Of a stretch of 64,000 nucleotides of DNA, positions 63,091-64,000 are shown piece by piece (within the stretch, counting starts at the first letter, position 1; each line of letters begins with the position of its first letter). The translations under genes were made by a program, and so were the position numbers. The notes beneath the pieces were generated by a model. That model was not told the DNA's origin and did no database searches. It saw only the letters and a list, made by a program, of their open reading frames with translations. Location: NCBI GenBank assembly GCA_026770705.1, contig JANJGN010000039.1, positions 4,526,001 to 4,590,000 of the forward strand, given 5' to 3'. The DNA comes from Isurus oxyrinchus. Lineage: Eukaryota.

Positions 63091-63970
63091 CAAACTTTGT
63101 CATGCTTGTGATCCTCAGGAGCAACAGATGTGGTCTGTCGAAATGTGTAACTCAGTACCTGGTGGCCATGGCTGTGGCTGACGAAAGGTCGTTATTCCTG
63201 ATGTGATAATAAGGCACATTCCATTCTTGTTTAAGGAACAGTTTTACTTCTGGAACTCCATCCACGTGTGTAATATCCATACCATCTTGCTTTAAGCAGC
63301 CACAGACTGTCCTGTCTGTTTCACCGTCACTTTCACCTTTGGGGGATTTGTGGCCATTTGTTCCCTGAGGCTGAAAACTGAATATTGCAGTGAGAAAATA
63401 GCCACTGTGCTTCAGGGAAAATTGATTGTGCTGAGCTGTTCAAATAACATTTTCTGTTATTTTATGATAACAGATCCATATTGGCTGATGAACGGCCCCT
63501 GATTTCTGTGATTGTGCATGGAATAACCACGAATCTCTGTTCTGGGTAGCAATTGAGTTCCATTGTGTTTTCCATTTACCATGATTCTGCTGCTTAGTGT
63601 TTTCATAGGTAAGCAGATTTTAATGAAAGGCAGAGAACACAGGAGATTCCGGGCTCACAGAAGTGGGATAATCCCGGCGATCCATAGAGTGAGAGCAGAC
63701 GGAAATCTATGCATTTTCTGTCTGTTATCTCAGCCAATTTCTTCCTGTTTTGTTCAATGTCAATTGTTTATTCTATTTGGAGACTGATGTGGAATTTGGG
63801 CTATAAGTCGATGTATCTGTATCGTTTTGTTCAGGAAATAGGCTTCATGCTGCAGCTCCTGATTTGCTGCACAAACACTGGGATTTATGCAGTGACCGGG
63901 CTAAGTTCACATAGTATTTAAGAATGTGCTGCAACATCTCTTCACCCGAATTTCTTCAACATATTAAACA
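63091..63970 (+). pseudogene. GPR139-like paralogue 3, exon 2 (near full length, multiply disabled)
   Basis: Acceptor ..gtccaggcag|CA gives ANFVMLVILRSNRCGLSKCVTQYLVAMAVAD, then a frameshift. LL*AATD (stop where gene 1 has TAT), DRF changed to GGF, TGA at ~63499, a deletion in TM5, then FLSVISANFFL and QEIGFMLQLLICCTNTGIYAVT. Collinear with 9388-10265. Confidence 0.92.
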
Positions 63971-64000
63971 ATAAAAAGAAAGAAATCACTGAGAGTTTCA

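Overview
Eukaryotic, repeat-rich vertebrate DNA. The repeat families and receptor type suggest a cartilaginous fish (shark, ray or chimaera), which is an inference. There are no prokaryotic operons, rRNA, tRNA or CRISPR arrays. The only host genes I can support are three paralogues of a two-exon class A GPCR family resembling GPR139/GPR142, each split by a phase-1 intron in TM1 (..GVP/GVS|xN..). (1) An intact gene on + (exon 1 6148-6322, exon 2 9388-10265, 350 aa). (2) A pseudogene on - with an intact exon 1 (26256-26187) and an exon 2 (17835 to ~17600) cut off at TM3 where it joins a Gypsy element. (3) A disabled pseudogene on + (exon 1 ending 42749, exon 2 63091 to ~63970). The rest is decayed mobile DNA: two Gmr1-like Gypsy LTR retrotransposon remnants (INT before RT; SCAN-like gag), at least three PIF/Harbinger remnants, CR1 and CR1/L2-group LINEs, L1, L2 and Penelope-like fragments, and SINEs. 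There are also several degenerate minisatellites (~15, 24, 32, 33 and 50 bp units), TG/GA simple repeats and three N gaps. The best candidate for an undescribed system is this birth-and-death cluster of GPR139-like receptors, possibly a lineage-expanded amino-acid or chemosensory receptor repertoire. Repeat boundaries are approximate and were read by eye.
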